Source: Nitrospinota bacterium (GTDB lineage Bacteria; Nitrospinota; Nitrospinia; Nitrospinales; VA-1). From it: a stretch of DNA of 64,000 bases. The position numbers and the translations under genes are program-made. The stretch covers positions 5,813 through 69,812 of the forward strand of contig JAQCGX010000009.1 in NCBI GenBank assembly GCA_027619975.1, written 5' to 3'. The notes under the pieces were generated by a model, which ran no database searches, was not told where the DNA came from, and was given only the letters and a program-made list of their open reading frames with translations. Positions 59,207-64,000 of the stretch are shown here, in pieces; the first letter of the stretch is position 1, and each line of letters starts with the position of its first letter.

Positions 59207-60514
59207 ATGTCCACAGCCACTGCTGCTGAAAAATTTAAGGTAAAAGACCTCTCACTGGCTGAATGGGGCAGGCAGGAGATGATTCTTGCTGAAAAGGAAA
59301 TGCCCGGATTGATGGCCCTGCGCGATAAACACGGAAAATCCAAACCTCTTAAAGGAGCAAGGATTGCGGGCTCTCTGCACATGACCATTCAAACCGCCGT
59401 TCTGATAGAAACCCTGATCGAACTTGGTGCCCAGGTCCGATGGGCATCCTGCAATATTTTTTCTACGCAGGACCACGCTGCAGCGGCAATTGCTAAAGCA
59501 GGTATTCCTGTATTCGCCTGGAAAGGTGAAACCGAAGAAGAGTATTGGTGGTGTACCGGGCAAACCCTGTTGTTTGATAATGGCCAGGGCCCTAACATGA
59601 TCCTAGACGATGGCGGCGATTTGACCTGCTACGTGCATAAAAATCACCCGGAATTTCTCGCCGATCTAAAAGGCGTTACCGAGGAAACCACAACCGGCGT
59701 ACACAACCTATACAAGATGTTGAAGGACGGGTCTCTAAAGCTTCCGGCAATGAACGTCAATGACTCCGTCACCAAATCCAAATTCGACAACCTTTACGGT
59801 TGCCGCGAATCTCTGGCGGATGGCATCAAACGGGCCACAGACATCATGATTGCGGGAAAAGTAGTGGTGATCGCAGGTTATGGGGATGTGGGTAAGGGTT
59901 GCGCCAGGGCCATGCGCGATCTCGGAGCCCGCGTTCTGGTGACGGAAATTGACCCCATTTGCGCCCTGCAAGCCGCCATGGAAGGATACGAAGTGACCAC
60001 CATGGAAGAAGGCGTGAAGGAGGGAAATATTTTCGTCACCACCACTGGCTGTAAAGATATCATCACCATTGGACATATGGAAGCGATGAAAGACGATGCT
60101 ATTGTCTGCAACATCGGTCATTTCGACATTGAGATTCAGGTAGAACAACTGAACAAATTCCCCGGAATCAAAAAAATCGAAATCAAACCGCAGGTGGACA
60201 AATATACCTTTCCGAAGGGGAACAGCATCATCCTGTTGGCCGAAGGAAGACTTGTCAACCTCGGTTGCGCTACCGGACACCCTTCCTTCGTCATGTCCAA
60301 CTCCTTCACCAACCAGGTGCTGGCGCAGATGGAGTTGTACAATAATAAATACGAAGTTGGCGTTTACACCCTTCCAAAAATACTGGACGAGGAAGTCGCC
60401 CGGTTGCATTTGGACAAGCTTGGCGTCAAGTTAACCACCATGACAAAGGAGCAGTCGGAATATTTGAATCTCCCGCTTAAAGGCCCGTACAAACCGGATA
60501 CGTACCGGTACTAG
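59207..60514 (+). CDS. ahcY: adenosylhomocysteinase
   Basis: 435 aa with [23 protein letters not shown], the NAD site [10 protein letters not shown], and [10 protein letters not shown]. Confidence 0.96.
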   Translation: MSTATAAEKFKVKDLSLAEWGRQEMILAEKEMPGLMALRDKHGKSKPLKGARIAGSLHMTIQTAVLIETLIELGAQVRWASCNIFSTQDHAAAAIAKAGIPVFAWKGETEEEYWWCTGQTLLFDNGQGPNMILDDGGDLTCYVHKNHPEFLADLKGVTEETTTGVHNLYKMLKDGSLKLPAMNVNDSVTKSKFDNLYGCRESLADGIKRATDIMIAGKVVVIAGYGDVGKGCARAMRDLGARVLVTEIDPICALQAAMEGYEVTTMEEGVKEGNIFVTTTGCKDIITIGHMEAMKDDAIVCNIGHFDIEIQVEQLNKFPGIKKIEIKPQVDKYTFPKGNSIILLAEGRLVNLGCATGHPSFVMSNSFTNQVLAQMELYNNKYEVGVYTLPKILDEEVARLHLDKLGVKLTTMTKEQSEYLNLPLKGPYKPDTYRY

Positions 60515-60583
60515 AAATTTGTACTGGGAGTCGCGCTGAGTTTGTCGAAAGCTGACTTTAAATTGAATCTGTTTAATACTAAA

Positions 60584-60612
60584 ACGGCGTTCCTAAGGAG
60601 CGCCGTTTTTTT
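60584..60612 (+). terminator. rho-independent terminator of ahcY
   Basis: acggcgttcc-taa-ggagcgccgt followed by T7. Confidence 0.8.
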
Positions 60613-60686
60613 ATACCTGTTTTCAATCTCCACTTTTTTCAGGTAAAACGGAAATAGCTCTTCCGTATCAAATGCCATTAATATAA

Positions 60687-60862
60687 GGGTACCTCTAAAA
60701 ATTAGTTTTTAAAAGGGAATTGAACATTGTAAAGAGTTTCTTAAATCAGTGGCACGGGCTTTCCAGCCCGTGCGAACAGGCTGGAAAGCCTGTCCCACTA
60801 TAACAAAGACACTTCTTTGAATTGACAATATAAGAACATTTAGTCAATTTTTAGAGGTGCCC
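60687..60862. mobile_element. MITE-like element, copy B (176 bp)
   Basis: It has the same orientation and sequence as copy A, plus a 36-nt internal insertion. The TIRs are GGGTACCTCTAAAAATT and AATTTTTAGAGGTGCCC. ATAA flanks it on both sides (60683-60686, 60863-60866). Confidence 0.75.
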
Positions 60863-60930
60863 ATAAGAATTACTTTTTTTTAATCACTGACAGGAAACAA
60901 CATGGGTCGTCACCTTTGCCAAAGAATATT

Positions 60931-61708
60931 ATGAGTCCGGTCTGGCCGCGACATCATATATTCAAAAAGCGCATTGGGTGGTTCGCCGTTATATTCTTTC
61001 TTACCGTCTCATTTCCGGCACAACCGAAAACTGCAATCATACCGGACATGGTTCTGATCAAAGTAAATTGTTTCACGATGGGAAGCGAGGAGTTCGTGGC
61101 GAGGAACCAGAGCATAAAGTATGCCTCAATTCTTTTTACCTGGGGGTTTACGAAGTCACTCAAAAACAATTCAAGAAAGTCATGGGTTGCAACCCATCTC
61201 ATTTCAAGGGACCCAACCTGCCGGTTGAAAATGTCTCCTGGCCTGAAGCAGACGCCTATTGCCGGACTTTCGCCGGCCCACTTCCAACCGAAGCGGAATG
61301 GAAATATGTTGCCCGGGCGGGCTCTTCCACCGCTTATTCATGGGGCTGGGACATGGACGATACATTCGCCTGGCACCGGGGCAATTCCAAAAATATGACG
61401 CATCCCGTCGGGCAAAAAAAGCGAACTCTGCAGGCATTCACGATATGAACGGCAATGTCTGGGAATGGGTTGGCGACTGGTACCGCGAAGATTATTTTGA
61501 GACGAGCGCCGTAGCCCAACCGGTGGACAACCCGCTGGGCCTAACCACCGGACAATTTGTCATCCTTCGCGGCGGCTCCTTCGAGGATGAAGCATATTTT
61601 CTCAGATCCGCCTCCCGCTACTGGTACCCGCCGACCTTGAAGCACCACAACCTGGGGTTTCGGTGCGCCGCCAACCCCATGGAAATCAAAGAGGGGAATC
61701 TGCAATGA
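60931..61708 (+). pseudogene. FGE/SUMF1-family gene interrupted by two frameshifts
   Basis: The conserved FGE blocks are spread over three frames. These are the signal peptide+MVLIKVNCFTMGSEE, then EEPEHKVCLNSFYLGVYEVT...PLPTEAEWKYVARAG...HPVGQKK, then NSAGIHDMNGNVWEWVGDWY...ILRGGSF...GFRCA. The breaks are near 61095-61102 and in the A7 run 61414-61420. Confidence 0.75.
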
Positions 61709-61973
61709 CCGTCAAAAATGTTTTTTTCCTGACGGCCTTTTTTTAGCCTTCCTTCTGTGTTCACAAGTGGGTTGGGCGGAAACGGAGGAACTTCTGCACA
61801 CGATAACGAGCGGAAAATCCCCCATGCATGACAAAAAATTCAACGCCGCCTATGTAAAAAAGGAGTTCGAAGTGACCCTCGACAAACCAGGTTTTTACGA
61901 TTATTTTTGCGAACTGCATCAGGCCATCATGCGCGGCGTGATCATTGTTGAAGAAGCGGGATCGCCTCCATAA
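61705..61973 (+). pseudogene. small cupredoxin (blue copper) gene with a frameshift in a T7 run
   Basis: The ATG overlaps the FGE stop (ATGA). MTVKNVFFLTAFF stops at TAG after T7 (61738-61744). One extra T would give MTVKNVFFLTAFFLAFLLCSQVGWAETEE...GFYDYFCELHQAIMRGVIIV, with the Cys-x2-His-x3-Met copper-ligand loop. Confidence 0.6.
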
Positions 61974-61994
61974 ACTGCCAATCATAATTCATCA

Positions 61995-62309
61995 TCATTT
62001 TACCTCGCCAATCGCCCTTTGTATCAATTCTGCTGGTGGAACGCCCTTTAGCATCCCATTTTCATCGTATACTCTACATTTTTTGCTATATCCTTCTGAT
62101 GTGGATTCGTGTGTATCATCAATATCTTTTCCGTTTATACGAATGGTTGGGGAACCGGGGAATTTTAACCCTTCTGCCATTGCATCCGATTCGACCTGAA
62201 TCATTTTAACCGGCGATTCAATTCCTTCTTTTCTTAGAATCATTTTAAGAAGATTCAAAGCCGGTTGGTAACTCGCACATCCATCAAAATATAAAAATTC
62301 AATTTTCAT
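61995..62309 (-). CDS. thioredoxin-fold protein (single-Cys, glutaredoxin/DUF2703-like)
   Basis: The likely start is MKIEFLYFDGCASY at 62309, forming an ATGA overlap with the upstream hydrolase stop. It has the FPGSPTIRINGKD motif. Confidence 0.5.
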   Translation of the reverse strand: MKIEFLYFDGCASYQPALNLLKMILRKEGIESPVKMIQVESDAMAEGLKFPGSPTIRINGKDIDDTHESTSEGYSKKCRVYDENGMLKGVPPAELIQRAIGEVK

Positions 62310-63199
62310 TTTTTTAATAAAGGGTGCTCTTGTATAAAATCTTGCATCCAAGGAACAATACGCTCGTGCGCATCTTCCACCACGTAATGACCGGCATCCT
62401 GCAACTCATGCACTTCTGCTTCAGGGAAATATTCCTTCCAGCGCTGTAAAAAATGATCGTTGAAACAGAAATCCTGCTTGCCCCAGATGATCAACATGGG
62501 CCGGTCGTTGAACTGGTGTAAATTTTCCTGGATGGATTTAACGACCGGGTAACTAGGGATTCCCGGATGCATGGGAATATCTTGAATGAACCGTAAAATC
62601 CCAATACGATTGGCATATGTATTATACGGTGCCAGATAACCTTCTCGGACTTTTTCAGTCAATCGTTCGCGGTGTACGCAGGCGCGGGCAAAAGCCCCCC
62701 GCACAAACGCATTGCACAGAAGAATCGCTATCGGGCCCAATACCGGAAGCCGACAGAAATTGATACTTGCGGGAATATGGTCGGACAAAAAGGCGGCGGT
62801 ATTAAAAACAACTATTCGGGCAATTTTTTCAGGATTGCGAACTGCAAACCCCATCCCGATCGCCCCACCCCAGTCGTGCAGAACCAGGGTGATATTTTTT
62901 AATTGCAGGGAATCGACCAGGGTTTCCAGATTTTCAATATGCTGGGAAAGTGTGTAATTGTATTTAAATGGTTTTTCGGAAAATCCGCAACCGATATGAT
63001 CTGGAACCACACAGCGGTATTTATCTCTCAATCCAAGCACCAGATTGCGATAATAAAATGACCACGTGGGATTGCCATGCAACATCAGCAGAACCTCCCC
63101 TTGGCCTTCGTCCAGATAATTGTAACGAAGTGCCCCAAGATTCAGTGACCGGGCCTGAAAAGGATAGAGTTCTTCGAATTGTTGAAACCGGATCACCAC
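62306..63199 (-). CDS. alpha/beta hydrolase, haloalkane-dehalogenase-like (OleB-like)
   Basis: 297 aa with MLHGNPTWSFYYRNL, LVLHDWGGAIG (nucleophile Asp context), and a C-terminal DAGHYVVED. Confidence 0.8.
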   Translation of the reverse strand: MVIRFQQFEELYPFQARSLNLGALRYNYLDEGQGEVLLMLHGNPTWSFYYRNLVLGLRDKYRCVVPDHIGCGFSEKPFKYNYTLSQHIENLETLVDSLQLKNITLVLHDWGGAIGMGFAVRNPEKIARIVVFNTAAFLSDHIPASINFCRLPVLGPIAILLCNAFVRGAFARACVHRERLTEKVREGYLAPYNTYANRIGILRFIQDIPMHPGIPSYPVVKSIQENLHQFNDRPMLIIWGKQDFCFNDHFLQRWKEYFPEAEVHELQDAGHYVVEDAHERIVPWMQDFIQEHPLLKK

Positions 63200-64000
63200 T
63201 CGATACCTAACATGAGGCTATTGAGTCCACTGCCGATCCCCAGAAGAGCCGCGTGACTCCCCTTCTGCAAAACGCCCTGCTCTTCTCCCATTGCCAGGGT
63301 GACGGGAAGCGAGGCAGACCCGGTATTCCCCAACGTTTCCAGGGTGGTGAAATCCTTTGCCAGATCCATTTCAATAGTTTCTAAAAGGAGTTTTCGGTGC
63401 ATCGTTCCGACCTGATGGCAGAACACACGATCCACATCGTCATTTTTCCAGTTCATAGTGCGCTTAAAAGATTGCCAGGTTTCCCCGGCCAAAGCACAGC
63501 CTTCCTTCATCAAAGTCTCGGAATCGGTATCCATTAAAGGGGCCCCTTTAAAACTGCTTCCGCTGCTCTCACTTCCCCTGCACAGATCGTTGAACTGGGT
63601 TGCGGCAAAGGAGACTCCTCCCAACAACCGATGGCCCGTTTGTGATATGTTTTTGTGCGTCAGCAGAACACCAACCGCCGCAGAGCCTATGGTCAGGGAA
63701 GCGAAAGACTTTTTAATATCTTTGCGCGTCACCCCAGGGGTTGAAAGAAGAGTTTCGATGGTGTTGAAAACCAGGGGTCCGCCATTTTCTCCGGCCACCA
63801 CCAATCCTGCCTGAATGTGCCCAAGCTCAATCATATTGGCAATGTGCACCATGCCGTTGAGAACTCCCAAGCAGGCATTGGATATGTCGAATACCTGCGA
63901 TTCTTCTGGTAATCGCAAATTATGGTGGATCAGGGAAGCGGTCGCAGGCTCCAGGAAATCCCTGCAAACCGAACCGCTGATCAGGCACCCGATCAGCGAA
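63193..64000 (-). CDS. FabH-like thiolase (3-oxoacyl-ACP synthase III / OleA-like), 5' end outside window
   Basis: The frame is open to the window edge (...AIGCLISGSVCRDFLEPATASLIHHNLRLPEESQVFDISNACLG with the active-site Cys). It also has HQVGTMH and GNTGSASLP motifs. It overlaps the hydrolase start by 7 nt. Confidence 0.8.
   Translation of the reverse strand, partial: SLIGCLISGSVCRDFLEPATASLIHHNLRLPEESQVFDISNACLGVLNGMVHIANMIELGHIQAGLVVAGENGGPLVFNTIETLLSTPGVTRKDIKKSFASLTIGSAAVGVLLTHKNISQTGHRLLGGVSFAATQFNDLCRGSESSGSSFKGAPLMDTDSETLMKEGCALAGETWQSFKRTMNWKNDDVDRVFCHQVGTMHRKLLLETIEMDLAKDFTTLETLGNTGSASLPVTLAMGEEQGVLQKGSHAALLGIGSGLNSLMLGIEW

Noticed and set aside
59735-60409. 224-aa minus-strand ORF
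   Set aside because: It is antisense to ahcY, which is clearly the real gene.

Overview
The window is a 64-kb chromosomal segment with about 60 protein-coding genes. I found no rRNA, tRNA, CRISPR array, transposase or integrase. Most genes are housekeeping: acs, rdgB, rlmN, lpdA, ogt, recO, ridA, ugd, queA, an HU/IHF gene, ftsB, eno, hemL, mtnP, asd, leuB, truA, mrp/apbC and ahcY. Respiratory and nitrogen-related genes are interspersed. These are a CydA-like 'bd-like' oxidase subunit paired with a membrane diheme cytochrome c, two further c-type cytochromes, an NrtA/B/D-type ABC transporter followed by cyanase (cynS), and an SmbP-like His-rich protein. This gene mix resembles nitrite-oxidiser-like Nitrospinota or Nitrospirota, but that is a low-confidence inference I cannot verify here. 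Six things stand out. (1) At 51.6-52.2 kb, two tandem micro-genes each carry a promoter, a strong SD, a 13-codon ORF (M-x-EASPPFK), conserved hairpins and a terminator. (2) The transporter-cynS cassette is bracketed by a 110-bp direct repeat of an internal piece of the neighbouring MOSC gene, next to a decayed HDAC-family gene. (3) Two MITE-like elements with terminal inverted repeats and ATAA target duplications flank ahcY. (4) A flgB-fliE pair has a good sigma-54 promoter and a terminator but no flgC or fliF. (5) The CydA-like oxidase has no CydB. (6) Several genes are disrupted by an in-frame TAA, homopolymer frameshifts or deletions, which could reflect real decay or assembly errors. All calls rest on reading the translated ORFs and the nucleotide sequence by eye; no database search was run.
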